This document shows positions 12,478-25,033 of a DNA stretch of 64,000 bases, one piece after another. The stretch is from Octopus bimaculoides (lineage: Eukaryota): NCBI RefSeq assembly GCF_001194135.2, contig NC_068984.1, positions 145,114,866-145,178,865 on the forward strand. Direction: 5' to 3'. The notes under the pieces were generated by a model. It did no database searches. It had not been told where the DNA came from and was given only the letters and a program-made list of their open reading frames with translations. Both the position numbers and the translations under genes were made by a program. Position 1 is the stretch's first letter; each line of letters begins with the position of its first letter.

Positions 12478-13393
12478 CCTTTCTACTCTAGGCAAAAGGC
12501 CTGAGATTTTGGGGGAAGGCGGTGGTCAGTTACATCAATGCCAGCACTTGACTGTTATTTTATTTTATTCTTTTCTATTCTAGGCACAAGGTCTGAAATT
12601 TTTGGGGAGGGGGGCAGTCGATCAAATCGACCCCAGTATGCAACTGGTACTTAATTTATCGAGCCCGAAAGGATGAAAAGCAAAGTCGATCTTGGCGGAA
12701 TTTGAACTCGGAATGTAAAGACATACAAAATACCACTAAACATTTTGCCCAGTGTATTAACGTTTCTGCCAGCTCCCCACAACGCCTTTATCACCTGTTA
12801 CTTTATTGACCCCGAAAGGATGAAAAATAGTGCTGGCCTCAACAGAATTTGAATGCATAACGTAATGCCGGAAGAAATGCTGCTAAGCATTTTGTCTGCC
12901 ATGGCAGAGACATTTTTTTAAAAATATGCATTGTCAGTGCTTTGATCTGAGTCAACGACACAGATCCAGAATGGTAGAGATGAGGCTTAGGAATGGTATT
13001 CCAGATCTATGGTGAAGTGTATACATGTGTGGATGAGGGGCTTCAGGCTATATTATATGTTATATAACGTATGATATAAAATAATATAATATATCATCAT
13101 CATCATCATCATTGTTTAACATCTGCTTTCCATGCTGGCATGCGTTGGACGGTTTGACTGAAGACTGGTGAGACGGAAGGCTGCACCAGGCTCAATCTGA
13201 TCTGGCAAGGTTTCTACAGCTGGATGCCCTTCCTAATGCCAACCACTCCAAGAATGGTGCTTTTTACATGCCACAGGCAGGGGAACCAATAAACGGCTCA
13301 GATGTGCTTTTAACATTCCACTGGCGCAAGTGCCCATCAGGCAGTACTGTCATCGGCCACGTCAGCGATTTTGATTTGATTTATATATATATA

Positions 13394-13854
13394 GGTGCAA
13401 GGGTGGCTGTGTAGTAAGTAATTTGCTTACCAACCACATGATTCCGGGTTCAGTCTCCCTGTGTGGCACCTTGGGCAAGTGTCTTCTACTATAGCCTCGG
13501 GCCGACCAAAACCTTGTGAGTGGATTGGATAGACGGAAACTGAAAGAAGCCCGTTGTATATATGTATATATATATATGTGTGTGTGTGTGTGTATGTATG
13601 TTAGTGTGTCCGTGTTTGTCCTCCTAACATCACTTGACATCCGATGCTGGTGTATTTAAGTCCTCGTAACTTAGCGGTTCGAGAAAAGAAACCGATAGAA
13701 TAAGTACTAGGCTTCCAAAGAATAAGTCCTGGGGTTGATTTGCTCGACTAAAGGCGTNNNNNNNNNNGGGGTTGATTTGCTCGACTAAAGGCGTTGCTCC
13801 AGCATGGCCACAGTCAAATGACTGAAACAAGTAAAAGAGTAAAAGAGTAAAGAG
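13394..13854 (+). mobile_element. tRNA-headed SINE (family A, CORE-like CCTTGGGCAAGT motif; resembles described octopus OR-type SINEs), full length
   Basis: A-box-like GGCTGTGTAGTAAG, B-box-like GGGTTCAGTCTC, internal (TA/TG)n, (GAGTAAAA)n tail. Other copies or fragments at about 4935-5070, 5640-5790, 11340-11490, 18680-18840, 19351-19460, 22420-22520, 24631-25033, 30760-31110, 40610-40830, 45095-45185, 46890-47105, 50465-50585, 55620-55830, 56900-57290, 61505-61640. Family name is inference. Confidence 0.75.
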
Positions 13855-14606
13855 TATATGTCTTGATTCTTCTGTGACCCAACTTTCAAGGTAGCCAGAG
13901 GATGATACCTGCTTAATGATTTCAACGTTCACTTTTAGCATGCACCTAGGGCTTCCCTTCTTACCTATCTAATGAACTTCTTATTAAAAGACAGCAGATT
14001 GTAATTTGAGAGAGGTATAGCTGCTATTTTTAGCAGGTCAAGCAACCATGTAGAGGCTCAGTGAGACGTTTTTTTTTGGCAAGTAGGTTGGTGCCTAACC
14101 ACTTGGCTACTTCGCCAGACCACCCCCACCATTCATAATTATAATACAGAAATATAAAAGCTATATTAATTACCTCCCTCCCACTCTCTTACTTGTCCAT
14201 TATTTGGGAAAACTAATTAAAGCTGCCCAAATTAACATCTCCCCCTCTCCCCTTCCGCCCCCATCTTGGTGCACTTTAGCTGTTTTAATATATATTTGTT
14301 TTAATGATAGTCACTATATTGGTGGATTAATATAAGAGTGTGCACGTGTGTGTTTGTGTGTGTGTGTGCATGTGTGTGTATGTGCATGTGTGTGTATATA
14401 TATATATACATATACATACAAACATACATATATATATATATATGTATATACACACACACATGTATATGTTCATATGTATGTATATATGTGTAAGTATATA
14501 TGTGTGTTGTGTGTGTGGTGCATGTACATGTTTGTATGCATGTATATATGTGTGTATATATGTGTATGTGTATACATATATATATATATGTATGTAAACA
14601 TATATA

Positions 14607-14661
<55 letters not shown>

Positions 14662-15559
14662 NNNNNNNNNNNNNNNNNNNNNNNNNNNNNNNNNNNNNNN
14701 NNNNNNNNNNNNNNNNNNNNNNNNNNNNNNNNNNNNNNNNNNNNNNNNNNNNNNNNNNNNNNNNNNNNNNNNNNNNNNNNNNNNNNNNNNNNNNNNNNNN
14801 NNNNNNNNNNNNNNNNNNNNNNNNNNNNNNNNNNNNNNNNNNNNNNNNNNNNNNNNNNNNNNNNNNNNNNNNNNNNNNNNNNNNNNNNNNNNNNNNNNNN
14901 NNNNNNNNNNNNNNNNNNNNNNNNNNNNNNNNNNNNNNNNNNNNNNNNNNNNNNNNNNNNNNNNNNNNNNNNNNNNNNNNNNNNNNNNNNNNNNNNNNNN
15001 NNNNNNNNNNNNNNNNNNNNNNNNNNNNNNNNNNNNNNNNNNNNNNNNNNNNNNNNNNNNNNNNNNNNNNNNNNNNNNNNNNNNNNNNNNNNNNNNNNNN
15101 NNNNNNNNNNNNNNNNNNNNNNNNNNNNNNNNNNNNNNNNNNNNNNNNNNNNNNNNNNNNNNNNNNNNNNNNNNNNNNNNNNNNNNNNNNNNNNNNNNNN
15201 NNNNNNNNNNNNNNNNNNNNNNNNNNNNNNNNNNNNNNNNNNNNNNNNNNNNNNNNNNNNNNNNNNNNNNNNNNNNNNNNNNNNNNNNNNNNNNNNNNNN
15301 NNNNNNNNNNNNNNNNNNNNNNNNNNNNNNNNNNNNNNNNNNNNNNNNNNNNNNNNNNNNNNNNNNNNNNNNNNNNNNNNNNNNNNNNNNNNNNNNNNNN
15401 NNNNNNNNNNNNNNNNNNNNTGGTGGTGGTGGTGGTGGTAGTGGTGGTGGTGGTGGTGGTGGTGGATGTAAACTAAGGGTTAGTCACAGTCACTGTTTAT
15501 TTGTCTGTCTTAGCCAACAGCCTCCCCAAACCCGGCATCACCATCATACCCAGGAACGC

Positions 15560-15960
15560 CCATTGTCAGCCCCACGAGCTTATGAAACACTGGTCAGATT
15601 GAGAGTGCTCCCATTGATTACAGCAATGAATCATTTTGTCATGCACTACAACTTCTAGTGAATCGAGTATTTGGCTATGGATCCCATGGCTGGTCTTTTT
15701 CATTGTTAAGCCAATTGTATTGCAGAGACAGTAACCTAACCACTTCTTCTGTGCCTTGCTTCTCCCCAGAAGCAGCTGTCTAACCTCTACTATTCTTACT
15801 GCCTCTTCATTCTTGGATATGTCATGATGGAAAGACAAGTTAATACATTTGTGGCATCAATGGTGCTGGAGGAGATGCTAGATATTGGTTTAGTTTTATC
15901 ATTCATATCTATCTTAGGGTCCCCTCCATCTGGATTTTCTATAGAGATTTGCTCCCTTAG
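15560..15960 (-). mobile_element. Degenerate LINE 3' ORF2 remnant
   Basis: ISKNEEAVRIVEVRQLL...QKKWLGYCL resembles the NEEVLRR...WLGH segment of RTE/CR1-type ORF2. Confidence 0.4.
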
Positions 15961-16008
15961 CCATTTATAAACATTAAATTACTCCCCAAGGGAACAAGGG
16001 TTTACTAT

Positions 16009-16321
16009 TACCTCTGCCTTAGCGAAGGCAGAGGTATTGTTTTCAGTCATATTTGTTTGTTTGCTTGTTTGTCCGTGGACAAGATATCTCAAGAACCACT
16101 GGATGGATTCAGATGAAACTTTCAGGGATGTTTGGCCTCATGACTGGCAAAAACTGATTAGATTTTGGGATTGATCCATTACTGGGCAAGGATTCTGGCT
16201 TATTTTTCCTGTTTTCTTACTTAATTTTTGAGAGCGGTCGGGTTCATTTTTAGTATTCTCGTTTGTGAGAGGAGTCGAGTTTATTTCAGATATTCTCATT
16301 TTAAAAATCATCTCTGGATAA
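16009..16321 (+). mobile_element. Helentron-associated/DINE-1-like non-autonomous element (5' part, runs into gap)
   Basis: Terminal 12-bp hairpin TACCTCTGCCTT-agcg-AAGGCAGAGGTA, then a (TTTG)n-like tract and GATGGATT...GAAACTTTCAGGGATG typical of these elements. Confidence 0.45.
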
Positions 16322-17154
16322 NNNNNNNNNNNNNNNNNNNNNNNNNNNNNNNNNNNNNNNNNNNNNNNNNNNNNNNNNNNNNNNNNNNNNNNNNNNNNNN
16401 NNNNNNNNNNNNNNNNNNNNNNNNNNNNNNNNNNNNNNNNNNNNNNNNNNNNNNNNNNNNNNNNNNNNNNNNNNNNNNNNNNNNNNNNNNNNNNNNNNNN
16501 NNNNNNNNNNNNNNNNNNNNNNNNNNNNNNNNNNNNNNNNNNNNNNNNNNNNNNNNNNNNNNNNNNNNNNNNNNNNNNNNNNNNNNNNNNNNNNNNNNNN
16601 NNNNNNNNNNNNNNNNNNNNNNNNNNNNNNNNNNNNNNNNNNNNNNNNNNNNNNNNNNNNNNNNNNNNNNNNNNNNNNNNNNNNNNNNNNNNNNNNNNNN
16701 NNNNNNNNNNNNNNNNNNNNNNNNNNNNNNNNNNNNNNNNNNNNNNNNNNNNNNNNNNNNNNNNNNNNNNNNNNNNNNNNNNNNNNNNNNNNNNNNNNNN
16801 NNNNNNNNNNNNNNNNNNNNNNNNNNNNNNNNNNNNNNNNNNNNNNNNNNNNNNNNNNNNNNNNNNNNNNNNNNNNNNNNNNNNNNNNNNNNNNNNNNNN
16901 NNNNNNNNNNNNNNNNNNNNNNNNNNNNNNNNNNNNNNNNNNNNNNNNNNNNNNNNNNNNNNNNNNNNNNNNNNNNNNNNNNNNNNNNNNNNNNNNNNNN
17001 NNNNNNNNNNNNNNNNNNNNNNNNNNNNNNNNNNNNNNNNNNNNNNNNNNNNNNNNNNNNNNNNNNNNNNNNNNNNNNNNNNNNNNNNNNNNNNNNNNNN
17101 NNNNNNNNNNNNNNNNNNNNNNNNNNNNNNNNNNNNNNNNCCTCCTCCTCCTCC

Positions 17155-17194
<40 letters not shown>

Positions 17195-17289
17195 GTGTAT
17201 ATATATGAAATAAGAGTTTATCAGGAAACAAATACAAATAATCGGAAAATGGAGAAAACCTCAGATCAACAAACGCATCGATTGGACCA

Positions 17290-17835
17290 TGACTTGATAT
17301 CAAACAGACAGTGAACCACCAGAATGACTGACTTTGGAGTGTATCTGGCTCCAAGTAGACTCGTAAATTGATGTAAAAAATCCACAGTCAGTTATGATTT
17401 GAACGGCTGTGACAGCCACTGGAAGGTGTCCCTTCGTTTTTGTCCCCTTGGGTGTTAAAATTAACACCCATCGATATATTAGCGACTTTCTGGAAGCTGA
17501 ACTACTTCAATAGGTGAAATGAGCACTTTTAAGGTGCACCTTGGAGCCTCCGACAAGACTCAGCACCATCCCACAGCACCAAACAGACCCACACTGGATT
17601 CAGAAAAACATTCCATCGTTCATAGGCAAGGATGTATGGTCCCCGAGAAACCCTGATCTCAACCCATTTTGGAAACAAGGGTCTCAAGCACTCCTCATGC
17701 TTGGCTTGATGCTTTGAAAGCAAAACTGCACCAAGAATGGCTTTGATTTCGCAAGAACAGCTGCATGCTGTGTATGATGCATTTGCATCCAGACTTAAGG
17801 TTGTGATTCAAAACAGAGTTGGTCATTTACATTAT
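17290..17835 (+). mobile_element. Tc1/mariner superfamily (maT/Bmmar1-like) transposase fragment
   Basis: QTVNHQND...SVMI..TATGRCPFVFVPLGVKIN...RQDSAPSH...WSPRNPDLNP...LDALKAKL, with stops and frameshifts. Confidence 0.75.
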
Positions 17836-17884
17836 TTGAATTATTAACATTTGACGGATATTTGTCCTCATCTTGTTTGTTGTT

Positions 17885-17932
17885 AACACAACGTTTCGGC
17901 TGATATACCCTCCAGCTTTCATCAGGTATCTT
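17885..17932 (-). ncRNA. Minimal type-I hammerhead ribozyme motif (Penelope-like/retrozyme type), probably a decayed copy
   Basis: Minus strand GAUAC CUGAUGA A AGCUG-gaggguauau-CAGCC GAAA CGUU GUGUU: intact core, stem II GCUG/CAGC, palindromic ACGU stem III, stem I GAUAC/GUGUU. Confidence 0.6.
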
Positions 17933-17985
17933 GGGGAAATTTCAAACCTGGGTTCTCATTCCTAAAGTACTTTTCGATATTATTA

Positions 17986-18027
<42 letters not shown>

Positions 18028-18029
18028 GC

Positions 18030-18108
18030 CACGGGCATACAGTGTAGTGGTTAAGAGTGCGGGCTACTAACCCCAAGATTCCGATTTCGATTCTAGGCAG
18101 TGACCTGA
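18030..18108 (+). mobile_element. Short tRNA-like (SINE head) unit between TAA-type microsatellites
   Basis: A-box-like TGTAGTGGTTAAG, anticodon-like arm CGGG-CTACTAA-CCCC, B-box-like GATTTCGATTCT; acceptor stem does not form. Confidence 0.55.
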
Positions 18109-19031
18109 ATAATAATAATAATGATAATAATAATAATAATAACAACAACAACAGCAACAAAAACAACAACAACAACAANNNNNNNNNNNNNNNNNNNNNN
18201 NNNNNNNNNNNNNNNNNNNNNNNNNNNNNNNNNNNNNNNNNNNNNNNNNNNNNNNNNNNNNNNNNNNNNNNNNNNNNNNNNNNNNNNNNNNNNNNNNNNN
18301 NNNNNNNNNNNNNNNNNNNNNNNNNNNNNNNNNNNNNNNNNNNNNNNNNNNNNNNNNNNNNNNNNNNNNNNNNNNNNNNNNNNNNNNNNNNNNNNNNNNN
18401 NNNNNNNNNNNNNNNNNNNNNNNNNNNNNNNNNNNNNNNNNNNNNNNNNNNNNNNNNNNNNNNNNNNNNNNNNNNNNNNNNNNNNNNNNNNNNNNNNNNN
18501 NNNNNNNNNNNNNNNNNNNNNNNNNNNNNNNNNNNNNNNNNNNNNNNNNNNNNNNNNNNNNNNNNNNNNNNNNNNNNNNNNNNNNNNNNNNNNNNNNNNN
18601 NNNNNNNNNNNNNNNNNNNNNNNNNNNNNNNNNNNNNNNNNNNNNNNNNNNNNNNNGTGTGTGTGTGTGTGTGTGTGATTGTTACCTCTCCCATCCCACC
18701 GCTTGACAACCAGTGTTGGTTTGTTTATGTCTTTGTAACTTAGTTTGGCAATAAGTACCAGATTTAAGGAGTTCATAGGGTTGGTTTATTCAACTAAAAC
18801 CCCTCATGGCCGCAGTCCAATGACTGAAACAAAAGATAAAAGACAAAACATGCATACACATGTACACACACACACACACACACACACACTGAAAAGTGAT
18901 AATACATACAAACACTCACATTGAACATATTCATAGATGCAAAGCTATGTGCACACACACACACACACATATAGAAACACATACTTAACCAAGCATATAT
19001 AAAATATGTGCACACATGCACACACACACAG

Positions 19032-19062
<31 letters not shown>

Positions 19063-21006
19063 AATTATATTCGCAACAATGATCCATTGATTAAAAATCA
19101 ATATGATTTGTTTGAAAAGGAAACATTTCCTGTTGTTGATATATTTTGGAAAATATACAGTATGTGTGTGTGTGTGTGTGTATGAGACCCTGTGTATGTA
19201 TGTATGTATGTGTTTGACTGTGTGTGTGACTGTGTGTATGTATGTGTGTGTGACTGTGTGTATGTATGTGTGTGTGACTGTGTGTATGTATGTGTGTGTA
19301 ACTGTGTACGTATGTATGTATGTATGTATGTATGTATGTATGTATGCGTATAGGCTCAGGTGTGGCTGTGTGGTAAGAAGCTTGCAAAGCTTGCTTCCCA
19401 ATTACATGATTCCAGATTTAGTCTGACCGTGTGGCACTTTGGCCAAATGGCTTCTACGAGGGTGGGAGGAAAAGTTTAGGAGGAGAAGGGAGTGTTAGTC
19501 TTTACAATTTAAGGGAAGTAAAACACAGCGATTTTTGGTGATTTGTTGTACTTGAGAAGATATGTCAAGCCGTGGTCAGTGCTGGTGGCATTTAAAAGGC
19601 ACCAATGCTGGTGACATGTAAAAGGTACCCACTACACTCTTGGAGTGGTTGGTGTTGGGAAGGGCATCTAGCCACAAAAACCAAACCAAATGAAACTGCA
19701 GCCTATCAGTTCCAGTTAAGCTATCTAACCTATGCACCAGCAGGGAAAACGGATGTTAAATGATGGCGATGATGATGAAGATGCTAATGCCGATGATGAT
19801 GATGATGTTAACGATGACAATGATGATGATGATATATATATATATATATATATATAAATATGTTGGCACATACACACACACACACACACATACATACCTA
19901 TACATATTCATACCTGAACATATTCATAGATGCAAAGCCATGTGCACACATGCACATACGATTATGGACAGGACGTATATAATATACATGCGTAAGATAC
20001 TGGAATATCCCAAGATTTTGGCAGCATCATGTTTGAATGTGTATACATATGTTTATATATACATATACATACATGTGTATATATATACATATATATACAT
20101 GTGCATATATATATATATCTATACACACACACACACACACACGTATGTACATACATACATATATACATATACACACACCCACATGATTCTGAAGATATCC
20201 TCCACCATTTACATTGGAACTAATTACTATTCATATCCTGGTTTTGGTCTACGTCATAATTAAATTGCAAGTTTGGTGCATGACTATATTAGATGCTAAC
20301 TGGGGTAGCGTATCAGTTGGTGCTTATATACACCCACCTAAATATAGCCACCAACATCACTATACAAACCTACAGACACACGTTTACATCATACATGGCT
20401 ACATACAGACACATCAGAAACATATACCTTCATACATACACCTACACACACACACACAGATATATATATATATATACGCACAACAATGTCATATTGATCA
20501 GAAATCGCTGTGATTTGTTTGAAAAGGAAACACTTCCTGCTTTTGATATAGTTTGAAAAATGATCTGGTTGGTGTATTTATATAAATAGATTAGCTAAAA
20601 CATACATGCTCTCACAAAACACACACTTGCACATGCATACACACATATACATTCTGAAACAATTACACACACACACACACACACACATGTACATACTTAC
20701 ATTAGTGTTTGAATGTATTTCTGAAATCATACTATAGCAATGTCTATTTATATAATGTAGAATATATATATGTACATATATAGATACACACACAGTATAT
20801 ATATATATATATATATATACACATAAATGCACACACATATATTGTATGTATATGTTTGTGTCGATATGTGTATGTGCGTGTGTGTATTTGAGTTTGATGA
20901 GTTGCCTACACAGCTAAGCACTTTATAAGTGCTAAGCTAATGGTCACTCTCTGACCAGCCATAACAAACAACCTTCTAAATATATATATATAAATATATG
21001 CATATA

Positions 21007-21048
<42 letters not shown>

Positions 21049-21418
21049 NNNNNNNNNNNNNNNNNNNNNNNNNNNNNNNNNNNNNNNNNNNNNNNNNNNN
21101 NNNNNNNNNNNNNNNNNNNNNNNNNNNNNNNNNNNNNNNNNNNNNNNNNNNNNNNNNNNNNNNNNNNNNNNNNNNNNNNNNNNNNNNNNNNNNNNNNNNN
21201 NNNNNNNNNNNNNNNNNNNNNNNNNNNNNNNNNNNNNNNNNNNNNNNNNNNNNNNNNNNNNNNNNNNNNNNNNNNNNNNNNNNNNNNNNNNNNNNNNNNN
21301 NNNNNNNNNNNNNNNNNNNNNNNNNNNNNNNNNNNNNNNNNNNNNNNNNNNNNNNNNNNNNNNNNNNNNNNNNNNNNNNNNNNNNNNNNNNNNNNNNNNN
21401 NNNNNNNNNNNNNNAGAA

Positions 21419-21625
21419 GGGTGCTGAAAAGTTCCTGGCTTTGGGTAAAAGAAAATACAGGGGGATCGGTTAATTATGATTTTATTCAACATATTCCGCT
21501 CTTAGATCCACACACTTATTGCAGTGATCCTTCAGTTTTTCTAAGCCCTGTGAAAGAACTTGGAAGGTTTGGCCTCCAACCAAGCCTTTCATGATACCCT
21601 TAAAGCCAGGAACTTTTCAGCACCC
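21419..21625. mobile_element. Mariner-type MITE
   Basis: 24-bp TIRs GGGTGCTGAAAAGTTCCTGGCTTT / AAAGCCAGGAACTTTTCAGCACCC. Confidence 0.8.
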
Positions 21626-22119
21626 ACTTATAAGTATACCTCAGTGTTATATCTCTTGTTCTATTTCCACCCCTATTACTCTGACCCACTCTGCTACAAT
21701 ATGAGTAACCATGTAATTTCCCTACACCATGAAACTTGATCTGTTCTGTCCCCTCCTTTCATAATTTAATCCTTCATCCCACAGAATAAAGTCCCCTACC
21801 TCCCTCCCTCCCTACTGTGGCCCCATTCAAGCAAAGGGAATCTTAGTCTTGCAGGCTGCTGCATGGTAACCTCACTAGCGCTGGTGTGACAAAAACAAGG
21901 CACCCACCACATGTTGTAGAGTAGTAGATTATCAGAAAGGACATCCAGCCCCAGAAACCAAAGCAGATATTTGACCACAATGCTGTCCTCACACCGATCA
22001 GAATCCTGTCAAACCATCAACCCATGCCAACATAGAAATTGGACATTGACAGATGGTCAATTACATGATTGTTATAAATGAATGTCATTCTAACAAGAAT
22101 CCTTATTATTATTATTATA

Positions 22120-22158
<39 letters not shown>

Positions 22159-22161
<3 letters not shown>

Positions 22162-22320
22162 TAGTTTTATTTTTATAACGTGCTTTCACTTCACTACCGA
22201 GCGCAGCTCTGTGCGCCTTGGGTATGTGCTGTGGTTTGCTGTGGTGCTCTTATGTTTACTGTATTGAAAGTGTTTTGTGTAGAATGTGTGCAGTACCCAG
22301 TAGTGCAATTTTCTGTATGT
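22159..22320 (-). mobile_element. Dong/R4-like REL LINE, extreme 3' fragment
   Basis: Minus translation QKIALLGTAHILHKTLSIQ* followed by a 3' UTR and (TAA)n. Confidence 0.7.
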
Positions 22321-22328
22321 TATATATA

Positions 22329-22392
<64 letters not shown>

Positions 22393-22649
22393 CACATATA
22401 TACAACACACTTCCTTCAGTTTCCCTGGCCTAGAGTAGAAGACATTTGCTCAACATGCCACACAGTGGGACTGAACTCAAGGTCATGTGGTTGGGAAGCA
22501 AACTCTTACCACACAGCCACCCCAGTAATAATAATAATTATAATGATAACGATGACGATGACAATGATGATGCTAATAATTACATTGAAGAAGAAAGTAA
22601 AAGGAATGTCTGTGTTTAGTTTCAGGTGTACCCCATCAACGGAACCAGT

Positions 22650-22857
22650 ATGTTTGGAGCGAAACCCTTCTATGGCAATGAGGAAAACAAATGGGGATGG
22701 CTGTTGGTGATGGCAGCATTCTTCAACCAAATGATTGCTGTTGGTGGAGGATTTTCTCTTGGGATTTACCATTTGGAATTTAGAAAATATTTCCAAGGAA
22801 CCTCAGCTGAAGTGTCTCTTGTCAGTTCTATTTGCATTGGAAGTCTCATGGGTGCCG
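22650..22857 (+). CDS. SLC16/monocarboxylate transporter (MFS) family gene, coding exon 1 (TM1-TM2)
   Basis: MFGAKPFYGNEENKWGWLLVMAAFFNQMIAVGGGFSLGIYHLEFRKYFQGTSAEVSLVSSICIGSLMGAG matches the MCT N-terminal WGWxxV motif. Acceptor TTTCAG at 22620-22625 precedes the exon, so an upstream (possibly non-coding) exon is implied but not located. Donor G|GTAAGT at 22858. Confidence 0.9.
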
Positions 22858-22884
22858 GTAAGTGACATCTACACAACTATTCCT

Positions 22885-23290
22885 CTCTTTCCTTCCTTCC
22901 TTCCTTCCTTCCTTCTTTCCTTCTTTCTGTCTTTCTTTCTTTCCTTCTTTCTTTCTTCACTTCTTTCTTTCCTTCTTTCTGTCTTTCCTTCCTTCCTTCC
23001 TTCCTTCCTTCCTTCTTTTTCTTTCCTTCTTTCTTTCTTTCCTTCTTTTTCTTTCCTCCCTTCCTTCTTTTTTCTTTCTTTCCTTCNNNNNNNNNNTTCT
23101 TTCTTCACTTCTTTCTTTCCTTCTTTCTGTCTTTCCTTCCTTCCTTCCTTCCTTCCTTCCTTCTTTTTCTTTCCTTCTTTCTTTCTTTCCTTCTTTTTCT
23201 TTCCTCCCTTCCTTCTTTTTTCTTTCTTTCCTTCCTTCTTTCTTTCTTTCTTTCTTTCTTTCAGTTTTTCATTCTTTCTGTCCTTCTTTC
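22885..23290. repeat. (CCTT/CTTT)n polypyrimidine tract in MCT intron 1
   Basis: Direct reading; spans a small N gap with duplicated flanks. Confidence 0.9.
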
Positions 23291-24630
23291 TTTGTTCCTT
23301 CTTGTGAATCAAGAAAATATATAATCAATTCAGCTACCTGCATCTAGGTGCCACGTAAAATCCAGATACCACCTAAAATGCATCAGTGATGGTGCCATAT
23401 AAGAAGCACTGGCAATGGTGCCATGTGAAAAGCACCCAGTACACTGTGTAAAGTGGTTGGCATTAGGAAGGGCATCCAGCTGTAGAAACCAAGCTTAAAT
23501 AGACTGTAGAACACTTGGTGTGGCCCCTGGCCTTGCCAGCTCCTGTCAAGCTGTCCAACCCATGCCAGCATGAAAAACAGACGCTAAATCATGATGATGA
23601 TGTGCACTTCACTATTGTGCTTGGTACATCTAGTTGCTAGTAGATACTATCTGAAGATATAGTTCAATATTGTACTTAGTACATTCAACTACAAATAGGT
23701 ATCCTGTGGAGGCACAGTTCACCACAGTAATCATTGAGAGCACTGTATATTTGGTGAGTGTTCAGATCTTCCTCAAATCTCCGAGTGCAAATCTTTCTCT
23801 GTGATACAATATGAATACCAGTGATACTCTAGGGTACTTTCCAGTTAGTTTAGAGTTTGTACCAAGTGATTATTGCTTTAAAGTTGCAGGTACTTGAGAA
23901 GCTTGCTGAGCCATGGCATATGAAGGAATTTGGTAAGATGGCGAGCTAGCAGAAGCATTTTGGTGCCAATGGCATTTTATCTGTCTTTATGTTCTGAGTT
24001 CAAATTTGACAGATGGAAGCTGAAAGAAACCCAGTGTGTGTGTGTGTGTGTGTGTGTGTATGATCAAATGGATTCCAAAGATGCTGGTATTGGTCTCCAT
24101 TGGCAAGACATATGTTATTTAGTAAAACTGGTAAAAGGAATTGAGTGAACTTGCAGTGGAGAGTGGAAAACGTGACATTTCAGACACAGTCCTTCAGGGA
24201 AAAGTTGAAAGGAGGAAGTTTCTGTCCTTTCAACTTTTCCACTGCTCATGGCAAGTACACTGTAATTATTTTGTTGATTTCCCCATATGTGGCGTGTGTG
24301 TGTGTGTGTGAATATCTACCATCATCACTAAGATAGAGATATAGGTGGTGATGTTACTGTTTTGTGACTGGGCTGCAACTTGTGACAGATGTTGACATTT
24401 CCTGGCACCAGATGAGTCTGCAAGCTTTACACTTTCAAATTCCTCAGGAATATAAAGAAAAAAATCTCTTTTTTGGAAAACAGGTAAAGGTTAGGAACAG
24501 CAAGAGCATCTGGCTGTGAAAGTTCTGTCTCAAATACCCACTCCATGTAAACCATGCTAGCATGGAGAAAGAGACACTGAATGAATAAATGGATCATAGC
24601 TTTGAAAACAAAGATAATTAATCTTCAGTT

Positions 24631-25033
24631 GCAGGCATGGCTGTGTGGTAAGAAGTTTGCTTATCAACCACGTGATCCTGGGTTCAGTTCCACTGTGTAA
24701 CACCTTTGGAAAGTATCTTCTACTGTAGCCTCAGAATGATAAAAGTCTGGCAAGTGGAATTGGTCAAGAGAAACTGAAAGAAACTCATCGTATATGTGTG
24801 TGTGTGTGTGTGCGTGTGTGTAACTGTGTGTCTGTGTTTTTCCCATACTACTGCTTAATAACCAGTGTTGGTTTGTTTATGTCCACATTATATAGCAGTT
24901 TGGGAAAAAAAAAGATTGATAGAATGAGAACCAGGCTTAAAAAAAATTAAGTCTGGGGTGTTTCAATTCATCTGACTAAAATTCTTCAATTCATGGCTGC
25001 AGTCAAATGAGTGAAACAAATAAAAAATAAGAG
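24631..25033 (+). mobile_element. SINE family A copy in MCT intron 1
   Basis: Colinear with 13394-13854 from head to tail. Confidence 0.7.

Noticed and set aside
18030-18108. Functional tRNA gene (also considered for other SINE heads)
   Set aside because: No acceptor stem and degenerate T arm; treated as a SINE head.
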